NCBI GenBank assembly: GCA_004100265.1
Contig: SCKW01000001.1
Location: forward strand, 1-40,588
DNA length: 40,588 nucleotides
Reading direction: 5' to 3'
Source: Candidatus Chaera renei
Lineage (GTDB): Bacteria > Patescibacteriota > Saccharimonadia > Saccharimonadales > Saccharimonadaceae
The position numbers were made by a program, and so were the translations under genes. The notes beneath the pieces were generated by a model, which did no database searches, was not told where the DNA came from, and saw nothing but the letters and a program-made list of their open reading frames with translations. This document shows, piece by piece, positions 9,472 to 18,156 of this stretch (within the stretch, counting starts at the first letter, position 1; each line of letters starts with the position of its first letter).

Positions 9472-9966
9472 TTAGAGAAGTATCAGCCAGCGCACCAGCG
9501 CCACTGCCAGCAGGGCCACGGCTAATGACCAACCCAGACTGCGCAGCCGCATCAGCCAGTAAAACAACAGATACCCCACGCCAAACAGCAGGGTCAGCCA
9601 CAGGCCGTACTCCAGCCAAGACAACCGCCCAAGATAGTTGTTAATCCCCCAAAGCGACGCAGTGGCGGCCGCCGCTACTACCAGAGGGCGGTAAATGGCA
9701 AAACGGGCCAGCGCCACTACGGCCAGAATGGCCACTGTCACGGTGGCGACATAAAACGAGATGTTACCGCTGGCCGAACATATTCCGGCCGAATCGGCGG
9801 TGCGGCAAAAGACCGGCTCGATAAAATACCTGCCGATCAGCCAGGCTAACAAACCGGTGGCGGCTCCAGTTACGGCGCCGACCAGCGCCACTCTAATAAT
9901 CTCGGATCTGTCCGGCGGTAAATAAACGGGCGGCTTTTCTACGGTTGCGGCTTGAGCGTTGGCCAC
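9472..9966 (-). CDS. hypothetical integral membrane protein
   Basis: 164 aa with about 4 hydrophobic helices. No recognisable motif. Confidence 0.6.
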   Translation of the reverse strand: MANAQAATVEKPPVYLPPDRSEIIRVALVGAVTGAATGLLAWLIGRYFIEPVFCRTADSAGICSASGNISFYVATVTVAILAVVALARFAIYRPLVVAAAATASLWGINNYLGRLSWLEYGLWLTLLFGVGYLLFYWLMRLRSLGWSLAVALLAVALVRWLILL

Positions 9967-10042
9967 GGTTGGCGATCCCCTATTCTCCCACCTGCGCGAA
10001 AAATGTTAATCCTATCAAGCACCATAATAAAACATCGTGGGT

Positions 10043-10540
10043 TTAATGCAATCGCGAAGGTTTGCCGGAGGGGCGCTTTTTAGCCGGCTTGCCGTACCAC
10101 AGACTCACGCCGATGGCCGCCGCCGCGAAACCGCCGGCGATATCCAGCGGCGTGTGGACCAGCGCCAGCACCCGGCCGATCCCCACGGCTAAACTTAAAA
10201 GGGCCAGCGCCAGAGCGATCTTTTTATTACCGGTAGCCAACCAGACTACAAGCGTAACGGTAGCCGCCAGCAAGGCGTGGTCAGACGGAAAGCCGGGATT
10301 GTTTAAATAGGCCGCTTTGGGCAGGGTACCGCTTAACACGAACGGCCGGGCAGACTCCTGATAAAACAGGCTCATAATTTTAGCTACCGTCAGGGCACTC
10401 AGCCCAGCCATCAGCGCCCTGGCATAGACCTGATACCTGTCGCGGCGAACCGAAGCGATAAACGCTACCGCGCCAACCGCCGCCACTACTATCACCAACC
10501 CGTCCGCCAAAAATCTTATCAGCCAATCAACCGCGTTCAT
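10043..10540 (-). CDS. PAP2 superfamily phosphatase (membrane)
   Basis: PAP2 motifs: PSDH (GFPSDHALLAA) and SR...H...D (GRVLALVHTPLDIAGG). Confidence 0.8.
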   Translation of the reverse strand: MNAVDWLIRFLADGLVIVVAAVGAVAFIASVRRDRYQVYARALMAGLSALTVAKIMSLFYQESARPFVLSGTLPKAAYLNNPGFPSDHALLAATVTLVVWLATGNKKIALALALLSLAVGIGRVLALVHTPLDIAGGFAAAAIGVSLWYGKPAKKRPSGKPSRLH

Positions 10541-10565
10541 GTTCGTTTAAGCTAAGTTTCGTATT

Positions 10566-11621
10566 TTAACCCGCCCTGGCGGCGGCCCTTGGTTGGGCCG
10601 CGGCGATCAGCGACGCCATAACCGAAGCGCTGATTAGCAATATACCGCCGCCGGCAATATATTGAGGCACGTCAACAAAAATGCCCCCCAGCATCACCGC
10701 CGCTAAAATCCCCACCGTGTAATGGGCGCCGTGCTCGATATAGCGGTAAGCATTAAGGGTGCGGCGCCGCACCATAAATACGGTCAGCGACCTTACCCAG
10801 ACAGCGCCAATGCCCAGGCCCAAAGCGATCATTGGCACCGAGTTGGTGATGGCGAACGCCCCGATAACGCTGTCAAACGAAAAACTGGCGTCAAGAATTT
10901 CTAGGTACAAGAAACCGGCCAGTCCGGCCAGTCCGGTTTTTAGGCGGCGGCTCGAACCGGATCGCCGCTGTCTTTTGCCAAGCAGCCAAATAATCCCGTG
11001 AATTATCACGTAGGTTAGCATGCCCGCCAGGCCGGCTTCGGCCGTTTTAAACGGTTCGGGGTTGCCCGGCAAAAAGCTGATCGTCAGCAGCACTGCCACC
11101 GCCAGCACGATGTAGCTCCAGGGTCGCGACACGTCCTGCAAGGGGCCTTCAATAAATTTAATCCAAAGGTATTTGCGTCGGGTCGAAAAAAAGAAATGCA
11201 AAAACAGCATAGTTAAAAACATGCCGCCGAACGCGGCAATGGCTATGTGGGATTTTTCTAAAGCGTGGGCGTATTGCCGGGGGTCAAACAGCGCCATGTT
11301 GATAACCGCCCCCCAATTCAGGCCGCTGGTCAACGCCACGACAACAATCGGAAAGACAATGCGCATGCCGAAAATGGCTATCATAATGCCAACGGTCAAA
11401 AACATGGTCCGCCAAAACCGCGACAGACCAGAAAGAACTTTGGCGTTGATGATGGCGTTTTCAAAACTGAACATTACCTCGACGCCAATCAAGATCACCG
11501 CCGTCAGTACGCCGGCCGGACCCAGCCAGGCGTAGGCGCCGAACAGCGCGGCTAAAGTTAGCAGCCCCGAAATAAAAAATATTCTAAACGGTGAGTGTAA
11601 ATGTAATAACCGGTTAACCAC
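10566..11621 (-). CDS. DUF475 / TerC-like integral membrane protein
   Basis: Multi-TM protein with an FSFENAIINAKVL motif. The maximal ORF reaches 11738 but would overlap the upstream PAP2 gene by 107 nt. Alternative in-frame starts are TTG at 11678 and GTG at 11621, so the start is uncertain. Confidence 0.7.
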   Translation of the reverse strand: MVNRLLHLHSPFRIFFISGLLTLAALFGAYAWLGPAGVLTAVILIGVEVMFSFENAIINAKVLSGLSRFWRTMFLTVGIMIAIFGMRIVFPIVVVALTSGLNWGAVINMALFDPRQYAHALEKSHIAIAAFGGMFLTMLFLHFFFSTRRKYLWIKFIEGPLQDVSRPWSYIVLAVAVLLTISFLPGNPEPFKTAEAGLAGMLTYVIIHGIIWLLGKRQRRSGSSRRLKTGLAGLAGFLYLEILDASFSFDSVIGAFAITNSVPMIALGLGIGAVWVRSLTVFMVRRRTLNAYRYIEHGAHYTVGILAAVMLGGIFVDVPQYIAGGGILLISASVMASLIAAAQPRAAARAG

Positions 11622-11631
11622 TTGCCTGATA

Positions 11632-12279
11632 TTATAACCAAAAGCGCTTTGATTGACAGCCGAACGCCAGTTGGGCAATCCCGGCCGCCAACCATCCGAC
11701 CGCCCATCCCCCCAAAACGTCAAGCGGCAGATGTACACCCAGGTAAATTCTGCTAAGGCCGACCGCCAGCGGCAGCATGGCTAGCAGCCAAAACCACGTC
11801 CGCCGCCGCGCTGCCGGCAAGCAAAGCAAAATCGCTACGGCCACGGCTGCCGCGGTGGCGCTGTGCCCCGAGGGAAATCCCTGATCCTGCAACAAATCGG
11901 GCCAGCGCGTTATGGTGTCGGGTAGCAGCCCCAGCGGGCGGGGTCGGTTGACGGCTATTTTTAAACTCACTGACAACAGGCCGGCCAGCAGAGCGGCCAG
12001 GCCGATCCGCCAGGCCAAAGCCTTCCGGCCGGCAACCAGACAACCGACAACGGCCAACACGGCGAACTGCCAGGTGCCCAGCATAGTAATCAACGCCATC
12101 AGCCCAACCAGCCAGGCCGGCCAGTGATTGATCCAGTTAAATAACGAGATCTCCCACCCGGCCAGGCCGCTCCGGCTAGCCCACGCCAGCCAGCTTAAGG
12201 CCGCTAATATGAGCGGCGGCGCTACCAGCTGCCAGGTAACCCAACGAGTTGGAGCTGGTTTTGCTACTTGATTTACCAC
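11632..12279 (-). CDS. PAP2 superfamily phosphatase (membrane), second copy
   Basis: KxxxxxxRP-like (KIAVNRPRP), PSGH (FPSGHSATAAA) and SRIYLGVHLPLDVLGG motifs. Confidence 0.8.
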   Translation of the reverse strand: MVNQVAKPAPTRWVTWQLVAPPLILAALSWLAWASRSGLAGWEISLFNWINHWPAWLVGLMALITMLGTWQFAVLAVVGCLVAGRKALAWRIGLAALLAGLLSVSLKIAVNRPRPLGLLPDTITRWPDLLQDQGFPSGHSATAAAVAVAILLCLPAARRRTWFWLLAMLPLAVGLSRIYLGVHLPLDVLGGWAVGWLAAGIAQLAFGCQSKRFWL

Positions 12280-12304
12280 TGGTCAAATCTTAGCACAAAG
12301 CGGG

Positions 12305-12973
12305 TCATCCCCTATCTTCCTCCCTGGTGTTTTTACCTCTGTTTTTGGGATTGACCTTGGGTTTGGGGTGTGCTATATTTTGAGTATCACCACGACCAGG
12401 CAGGCCTAAGGTCGACGACCGACCGCCGCTCCTGGTCTTTTTTGTTGCTTGAAAAAGCGGCCTAAGATCGCTGATGAATCTTATTTTAGAATGATATTGG
12501 TTGAGCAGCTTGGAATAGCGATGACGGTTGGGCACCAACACATAGCCCAGCTTTTTGTGGCGGTCTAAAAAATTATACAGGCTTAAAAAGTCGCCGTCGC
12601 CCGAAACGATAATCGCCTTATCATATTCGTCAAAAACGTCAGCCGCGGCATGTACCGCCAAATCAACGTCCACGTTACCTTTTGGAACGTCTTTGCCATA
12701 CTCGTCTTGATAGATCGAAACCGTTTTAAAAACTAAAGTGTAGCCGCATTTCTGCAAATGGGTATACAGTTTGTTATATTGAGGCATAAATCCAATAAAA
12801 AGATACGCCTGGCTGGCATTATATTTTTCTCGCAAATAGTCTCTAAGCTTTTTATAGTCAAGCTGCCGGCCTTTGTATACAACTCTGCCCTTTTTATTCT
12901 TTACGTCGCGGCCCACTCCAAGGTTTAGGTTTTGACTATCGATAAAAGCGTAGTTGTTGGTTGTAGATTTCAT
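12305..12973 (-). CDS. NYN domain (LabA/DUF88-like) putative RNase with basic Gly/Arg/Lys-rich tail
   Basis: YAFIDSQNLNLG start and VSGDGDF acidic motifs typical of the NYN/PIN-like fold. The region is visibly lower in GC. Confidence 0.8.
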   Translation of the reverse strand: MKSTTNNYAFIDSQNLNLGVGRDVKNKKGRVVYKGRQLDYKKLRDYLREKYNASQAYLFIGFMPQYNKLYTHLQKCGYTLVFKTVSIYQDEYGKDVPKGNVDVDLAVHAAADVFDEYDKAIIVSGDGDFLSLYNFLDRHKKLGYVLVPNRHRYSKLLNQYHSKIRFISDLRPLFQATKKTRSGGRSSTLGLPGRGDTQNIAHPKPKVNPKNRGKNTREEDRG

Positions 12974-12985
12974 AGCCGATTTCCT

Positions 12986-13317
12986 TTAAGTTATCTCTGG
13001 CCCGAGTCCCCACCCAAGCTCGGAATAACTAATGTGTTCATAGCCCTTATTGCCATCGCGTTGCTGCATGGCGTGCGCGAACTCCCAAGCAGACGGGTTG
13101 ATGATGACGCCAGTTTCTTCCATAGACTCGCGGCAAAGCGCGGCGCGGATCGACCTACCGCCATCAACGTGCCCCACCGGCAGCGTATATGCTCCGTCTC
13201 GCCAGCCCGTATTATGGCGGCGCAAAAGCAAAACCTTGTCGTTTTTCGCAAGTAATAAACTGCGACGCGCGAAGTGAATCGTTCCGTAGGCATATTGATA
13301 AGTATAGCGACTGCCAC
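12986..13317 (-). pseudogene. NUDIX hydrolase gene split by a frameshift in a 5-nt homopolymer
   Basis: Frame A (13317 down) gives ...FTSRVAVYYLRK. The adjacent frame gives NDKVLLLRRHNTGWRDGAYTLPVGHVDGGRSIRAALCRESMEETGV, a Nudix box. The frames would join if the T5 run at 13242-13246 (A5 on the coding strand) were 6 nt long. Confidence 0.6.
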
Positions 13318-13326
13318 AGAAAATGT

Positions 13327-13470
13327 TTAAAAGAATACAACCGGTCCGCCAGCAAGGATTCGAGCCTTTTTAAGCCGCTCGTAGTCCTGGGGCGAAGCGT
13401 CTTTTAGCTTCTTAACAAAGTCTTGAGCCTGAATATCCTCGTAAGCCACTGAGGACACGTTATCGGCCAT
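13327..13470 (-). CDS. possible small ORF (47 aa), hypothetical
   Basis: Hand-translated: MADNVSSVAYEDIQAQDFVKKLKDASPQDYERLKKARILAGGPVVFF. It is below the track cut-off and ends 10 nt before the NUDIX start. No family recognised. Confidence 0.25.
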   Translation of the reverse strand: MADNVSSVAYEDIQAQDFVKKLKDASPQDYERLKKARILAGGPVVFF

Positions 13471-13555
13471 TGGCACCGGGCGCGTTTGCCGCCAAGCAGT
13501 ACGATCCGGTACTAATTATTATAAGAGGAGCAGGATAAATTGGTAGAATAAGCGT

Positions 13556-13885
13556 ATGCCAACCCCCAAAAGGGATGTGACCAAGGTCAAAAAAGACATA
13601 GCCGGCGGTACGGCGCACGCCACGCCAGTTGACTTGCGCAGGGCCCTTAACTCTGCCCCCGTAGCACGAGCGGCATGGAACAGCCTAACACCGCTGGCAC
13701 GTAATGAGTGGATCTGCTGGAACACTACTGTCAAACAGCCAAAAACAAGAAAAAGGCATATTGAGCGGACTGTCGCGGAGCTGCAGCAGGGCAAACGCCG
13801 GCCTTGTTGTTGGATGGGCTGCGTTCACCGCGCGGATAAACCGATAAGCCCGTCGGCGCGATGGGTGCTCGGCAAAATCAAGTAA
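13556..13885 (+). CDS. YdeI/OmpD-associated family protein
   Basis: Pattern P.DL..AL...P.A...W..LTP..R.EWI.W....K..ETR..RI...V..L..GKRRPCC, typical of this family. Confidence 0.7.
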   Translation: MPTPKRDVTKVKKDIAGGTAHATPVDLRRALNSAPVARAAWNSLTPLARNEWICWNTTVKQPKTRKRHIERTVAELQQGKRRPCCWMGCVHRADKPISPSARWVLGKIK

Positions 13886-14007
13886 ACCCTGCCTGGCCTG
13901 CGCCCCTCGCCCCGCCGAACCTTCCGTTCGCTAATGCCCAATTAACAGTTATAATCCCGCCCAACAAAAAGGGCTGGCAAACGAACAAACAATTCATCTG
14001 CTGGCCT

Positions 14008-14082
14008 TGGCTGGGACGGTAGGATTCGAACCTACGATCTCCTCGTCCAGAGCGAGGCGCCGTACCGCTTGGCCACGTCCCA
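14008..14082 (-). tRNA. tRNA-Gln (anticodon CUG), CCA encoded
   Basis: Hand fold: acceptor TGGGACG/CGTCCCA (U1-A72), anticodon stem CCTCG/CGAGG with loop CTCTGGA, T arm GTAGG-TTCGAAT-CCTAC, discriminator G plus CCA. Confidence 0.9.
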
Positions 14083-14115
14083 ACGCGCAGGCAAGATTAT
14101 ATATCAGGTAATTGG

Positions 14116-14847
14116 TTACTTCAATCTGCCGGCAACCTTGGGCCCGTCAAGGATAGCGTACGACCAAACGGCAGCTGCCAGCAAAACCAGCGAACTAACG
14201 GCGGCGCTCAGCGGACTCAGCGAGCCAAAAAGCATGGCGCCCCGCTCCAGGCTAATGCCCGAAACCCAGGCCGCGGCGTTAAAAATGAATAGTCCGCCGT
14301 AAAAAAGCAGGCCGCAGGCCAGGCTAAACGTCCGCAACGCCGGGCTGATACGCATGCGCAGCCAAAACGGTAAAGCCAGCAGTTGGGCCAAAAGCACCGC
14401 CACGACGGCCAGCCGCACCGCTAAAAGGTTGCCACCGGTAACTTTCCACTGAATAAAATACGCCAGGTCGCTAACGTTCAGTAGCTGATAAACCAGTACC
14501 AGCACGGTGTAAAGGGCCAGACCGTATGGCACAGCGACCAGCGACGGAACGGTCGGCCGGGGTGCCCGAGTGGCTTTAACTGTACCAAACCTCAGCATTA
14601 CTACTCCCAATATATCACCGCTTTTTACCCAGCCATAATCGCGGCTGTCGCTGCTAACATCCGGATTGTCGCCCAGCAGATAAACCCGGTCTTTTTTAAC
14701 AGCGGCAACGCGCTTGATTACCTCGCGCCCAGCCTGCCATGCTACCACCACATGGCCGTTTTGCGGCGGGCGGCGCCAGGTCAGCACGATGTCGCCGGCC
14801 CTGAGGCTTGGCGCCATGCTGTCGCCGACAACCCGTCTAACAAGCAT
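14116..14847 (-). CDS. sodX: S26-type peptidase, probable Ni-SOD maturation protease SodX, fused to a C-terminal multi-TM domain
   Basis: N-terminal VVGDSMAPSL...IKRV...LGDNPDVSSDSRDYGWV signal-peptidase-like fold. Lies directly downstream of sodN. The C-terminal 130-140 aa form about 4 hydrophobic helices. Confidence 0.7.
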   Translation of the reverse strand: MLVRRVVGDSMAPSLRAGDIVLTWRRPPQNGHVVVAWQAGREVIKRVAAVKKDRVYLLGDNPDVSSDSRDYGWVKSGDILGVVMLRFGTVKATRAPRPTVPSLVAVPYGLALYTVLVLVYQLLNVSDLAYFIQWKVTGGNLLAVRLAVVAVLLAQLLALPFWLRMRISPALRTFSLACGLLFYGGLFIFNAAAWVSGISLERGAMLFGSLSPLSAAVSSLVLLAAAVWSYAILDGPKVAGRLK

Positions 14848-14855
14848 TAGAAAAA

Positions 14856-15254
14856 CTATTTTTTAGTGCTGGCAAAAACGCGGGCCACCTCGGCGACTTC
14901 CGCCTGAAGCTGCTCGGCCAGGGCCATGTCAACGGTCTGCTTAACCCGGCTGGCCGTTTTGGCCGCCTGCCAAATAATTTGATGAAGATCGGGATGATCT
15001 TTGAGATGTTCGGGCTTAAAGTAATCGCTCCACAGAATATAAAGCTGGTCTTTAACCGTCTGGGCGTGTTTTTCTTTCACCAAAACCATGCGGGCAAAAT
15101 TGTTGCGGGCGGCCAAGTCGTCACCGCTTTGCTGATCAATCAACTCAACCATCCGCCGGCAGGTCGCGGCGGCGTGCGTCATGGTGTCGGTTTCGTAAAT
15201 GCCGCACGGAATATCGCAATGAGCGTAAACCGGCTTGATAAATCGCTTGAACAT
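14856..15254 (-). CDS. sodN: nickel-containing superoxide dismutase precursor
   Basis: Ni-hook HCDIPCGIY preceded by an 11-aa propeptide MFKRFIKPVYA. A GGAGG RBS lies about 10 nt upstream. Confidence 0.9.
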   Translation of the reverse strand: MFKRFIKPVYAHCDIPCGIYETDTMTHAAATCRRMVELIDQQSGDDLAARNNFARMVLVKEKHAQTVKDQLYILWSDYFKPEHLKDHPDLHQIIWQAAKTASRVKQTVDMALAEQLQAEVAEVARVFASTKK

Positions 15255-15485
15255 AGGCCTAGCGTCCTCCGCCCTTCTTACTTACGGTTTTATTGTAGCC
15301 CAATCACGGCAGAGATGAAAATGTTGTTTTTTATTACAAAATGCTTGCGCTTAAGGCGTCAGCGGTCTAAAGTGTCTTGCAAGCGAGATTCCAAACACAA
15401 AAACCAAAAACACTTTTATTAACGAGTGTGCGGGGCATCGCTTTAAATATCCGCCACAACAACCAAAAGGGCCCCTTTCAACGAG

Positions 15486-15528
15486 AGCCCCGAGTCCCTC
15501 TAAACGGCAAAGTCTGGGGCTCGGGGCT
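15486..15528 (-). terminator. strong GC-rich hairpin downstream of trmD (9 perfect bp extended to about 13 bp, 17-nt loop)
   Basis: AGCCCCGAG(TCCC)...(GGGG)CTCGGGGCT read from the sequence, 28 nt after the trmD stop. There is no adjacent U-tract, so terminator function is uncertain. Confidence 0.4.
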
Positions 15529-15555
15529 TAACGGTTCTCTTGGCCCGGCCGATTT

Positions 15556-16212
15556 TTAAGATAACTTTTTGGATTGGCGCTGCCGCCAGCGGGCAATGGC
15601 GGCGTGATCGCCGCTAAGCAGCACTTCCGGCACCCTTGCGCCGTTGAATTCTTCCGGCCGCGTATATTGGGGATATTCAAGGGTGCGGCCATCGGCGAAG
15701 CTTTCTATCTGGGCGCTGGTTGCCCCGCCCAGCACGCCGGGAATCAACCTGACAATACTGTCGATCATCACCAGGGCCGGCAGCTCGCCGCCGGTCAGCA
15801 CGAAGTCACCAGCCGAGTAGGCATGGTCCACCAGGCTCATCACCCTTTCGTCAAAACCTTCGTAGCGCCCGCAAACAAAAATCAGGCCGGTCGGCTCGGC
15901 AGCGTAAGCGGCGGCCAGCGACTGCCGCCAGCGCTCACCGCGCGGGCTGGTAATAATCACGCGCGCCCGAGGATCCAGGCGCTTGGCCTCGCTGATGGCA
16001 CGCCAGAGCGGTTCTATCATCAGCAACATGCCGTCACCGCCGCCATAGGGCTTGTCGTCTACCTGGCGGCGCGGCCCGATGCCGTATTGGCGCAAGTCGT
16101 GATGAATAAACTTAACCAGGCGTTTTTGCTGAGCCTTGAACATCATCGACTGACCCAGCACCGTTTCAAAAACGGCCGGCAGCAGCGAAATGGTTTGAAT
16201 CGTCATTATCAA
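15556..16212 (-). CDS. trmD: tRNA (guanine37-N1)-methyltransferase
   Basis: 218 aa with TrmD motifs (DDKPYGGGDGMLL, ICGRYEGFDERV-like VCGRYEGFDERV, GDFVLTGGELPALV). Confidence 0.95.
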   Translation of the reverse strand: MIMTIQTISLLPAVFETVLGQSMMFKAQQKRLVKFIHHDLRQYGIGPRRQVDDKPYGGGDGMLLMIEPLWRAISEAKRLDPRARVIITSPRGERWRQSLAAAYAAEPTGLIFVCGRYEGFDERVMSLVDHAYSAGDFVLTGGELPALVMIDSIVRLIPGVLGGATSAQIESFADGRTLEYPQYTRPEEFNGARVPEVLLSGDHAAIARWRQRQSKKLS

Positions 16213-16254
16213 AATAGATTGTATCAGGTTTTATGGCCGCCAAAGCGGCAACCT

Positions 16255-16284
16255 AAAAGCCCCTCAACTCAAGGAGGGGCTTTT
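16255..16284 (-). terminator. 11-bp perfect hairpin (AAAAGCCCCTC/GAGGGGCTTTT) between the KH gene and trmD
   Basis: Read from the sequence. The A4/T4 flanks make it terminator-like in both orientations. Confidence 0.55.
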
Positions 16285-16394
16285 AGACACATATATAAAG
16301 CTCTCAAACTTTACGGGTTTGCTCGCAGCAGAGCTTTTTGTTTTTGCGCGAAAGTTCTTAATTTAACGTTTTGTTTTGAACTTCTGATCTAAGA

Positions 16395-16811
16395 TTATAT
16401 ATCCAGGTCGTCAAGATCGGCAAGCTCTTTTCTGGTGCGAGCCGCCACCGATTCGCGTTCTTCCACAGTTTCTTCTTTGGGTTCTTCCACATCCTTGCGC
16501 GGCTCGCTTGAAGGTTGTTTGACAGACACCGGTTTTGGCTGTTCATCTGCCGGGCGGTCGTTGTCAATGATTTTCAGGTTGTAGCGGGCGTCGTTCTTGG
16601 TGCCCAAGGCACGCAACAATGTCCGCAGGCTTTGAGCCGTGCCGCCGCGCCGACCGATTACCCTGCCCAAATCTTCAGGATGAACCGTCAACTCCAACAG
16701 TACGCCCTTTTCGTCGATTTTGCGAATCACCGAAACGTCATCCGGATGACCAACCAGCGATTTTACGACGTATTCAACAAATTGCTGATCAATGGTAGTG
16801 GGTTCGGGCAT
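16395..16811 (-). CDS. KH domain RNA-binding protein (YlqC/UPF0109-like) with charged C-terminal extension
   Basis: VIGRRGGTAQSLRTLL GxxG KH motif. Canonical position between rpsP and trmD. Confidence 0.85.
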   Translation of the reverse strand: MPEPTTIDQQFVEYVVKSLVGHPDDVSVIRKIDEKGVLLELTVHPEDLGRVIGRRGGTAQSLRTLLRALGTKNDARYNLKIIDNDRPADEQPKPVSVKQPSSEPRKDVEEPKEETVEERESVAARTRKELADLDDLDI

Positions 16812-16950
16812 GTTTGGTCCTTTCTTCTGCGATAAGTTGTTCAGCTTGCCTGTTTTTCAATCTAATTGTAGCCGTTTGCCCGCTCCAGCGCAAACGGCTT
16901 ATGCTTAAGACGGCTTAACCGAACCGACGCCAGGCGGCGCCGGATATCTT

Positions 16951-17349
16951 TTAAGATTCGGTCTGACTGGCGGCTTGATCGCCGTCAGAGGGCTGTTCGG
17001 CTGTCTCGGGGGCTGCTTTGGCGGCAGCCGGTTCGGCCGGCCGGTTTTTGCGCAGCTTTTCGGGATGGCGCACCGATGACTTTTTGCCAGCGGTGCTTTT
17101 TACCCACGTGGGCAGCTTAATTTTTTGCTGGCCCAACAAACGGGCCACTTTGGGCGAGGGCTGGGCGCCGTTGCTCAAAAAAAATTCAATCTTTTCTTTA
17201 TCCAACGATACGGCTTTGGAATGAGGGTCAAAACTGCCCACGTAGGCCACTATCCGGCCGCTGCTGGGATGGCGGCGCGCCTCTTGAACCGCCAGGCGAT
17301 ATGCCGGCAGACCCTTGCGCCCCAATCGTTGTAACCTGATTGCTAACAT
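16951..17349 (-). CDS. rpsP: 30S ribosomal protein S16 with C-terminal extension
   Basis: MLAIRLQRLGRKGLPAYRLAV... is the canonical S16 N-terminus. Confidence 0.95.
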   Translation of the reverse strand: MLAIRLQRLGRKGLPAYRLAVQEARRHPSSGRIVAYVGSFDPHSKAVSLDKEKIEFFLSNGAQPSPKVARLLGQQKIKLPTWVKSTAGKKSSVRHPEKLRKNRPAEPAAAKAAPETAEQPSDGDQAASQTES

Positions 17350-17418
17350 TCAATTAAAACCTGTCTCTTTTTAAGAAAAACTTACCCGCGCCAGTATATC
17401 CCACTAAACGGCCGCTTG

Positions 17419-18156
17419 TCAATCTGTTTCGGCGGCTTTTTTGGCGGCGTATTTGGCGATAGCCGCCCGGGCGGCCTCTTGCTGCGCCACTTGCTTGGAA
17501 TGGCCGCCGCCCCGCCCCATCAGCTCGCCTTTCACGTAAACTCCCAAAGTAAAGAATTTGTCGTGGTCCGGCCCGCTTTCTTCCAGCACCCTGTATTGCG
17601 GCGTTTCGCCGTCGGTGCTTTGGGCGACCTCCTGAAGCCTTGACTTGGGATCGCGCCAGCTGCCGCTGGTTAAAATTTCAGGCAGGGTGGCCAGAATGTG
17701 CTGTTCGATAAAACGCCGCGCCTCGGGCAAGCCGCGTTCCAAATAAATGGCGCCGATGATCGCCTCGAAGGTATTGGCGGTAATCTGTTGACGCGCCCGC
17801 TGCGAGCCCCGCTTTTCGCCGCGGCTCAGACGGATCAGGTGATCAAACTCTAACGCCTGACCGGCGGCGGCAATGCTTTCGGTGCGCACCAGAGCCGAGC
17901 GCCAACTGGTTAAAATACCCTCGGGCTCGTCGTAATGCTTATAAAGATACTCGGTAACCACCAGCTCCAACACCGCGTCGCCCAAAAACTCCAGCCGCTC
18001 GTTATGCTCGCGGGCGGTTTTTTTGTGCTCATTCACGTAGGAACGGTGCGTCAGAGCAGTGACCAGCAGCTGCGGGTCTTTAAATTCTATCCCCAAACGC
18101 TCACGGGCAAAAACCTGATACGGCGCAACGTCCACGTAAAACGGCGGCTTGGTCAT
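17419..18156 (-). CDS. rnc: ribonuclease III
   Basis: RNase III signature NERLEFLGDAVLE plus a C-terminal dsRBD (GPDHDKFFTLGV...GGGHSKQVAQQEAA). Confidence 0.95.
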   Translation of the reverse strand: MTKPPFYVDVAPYQVFARERLGIEFKDPQLLVTALTHRSYVNEHKKTAREHNERLEFLGDAVLELVVTEYLYKHYDEPEGILTSWRSALVRTESIAAAGQALEFDHLIRLSRGEKRGSQRARQQITANTFEAIIGAIYLERGLPEARRFIEQHILATLPEILTSGSWRDPKSRLQEVAQSTDGETPQYRVLEESGPDHDKFFTLGVYVKGELMGRGGGHSKQVAQQEAARAAIAKYAAKKAAETD

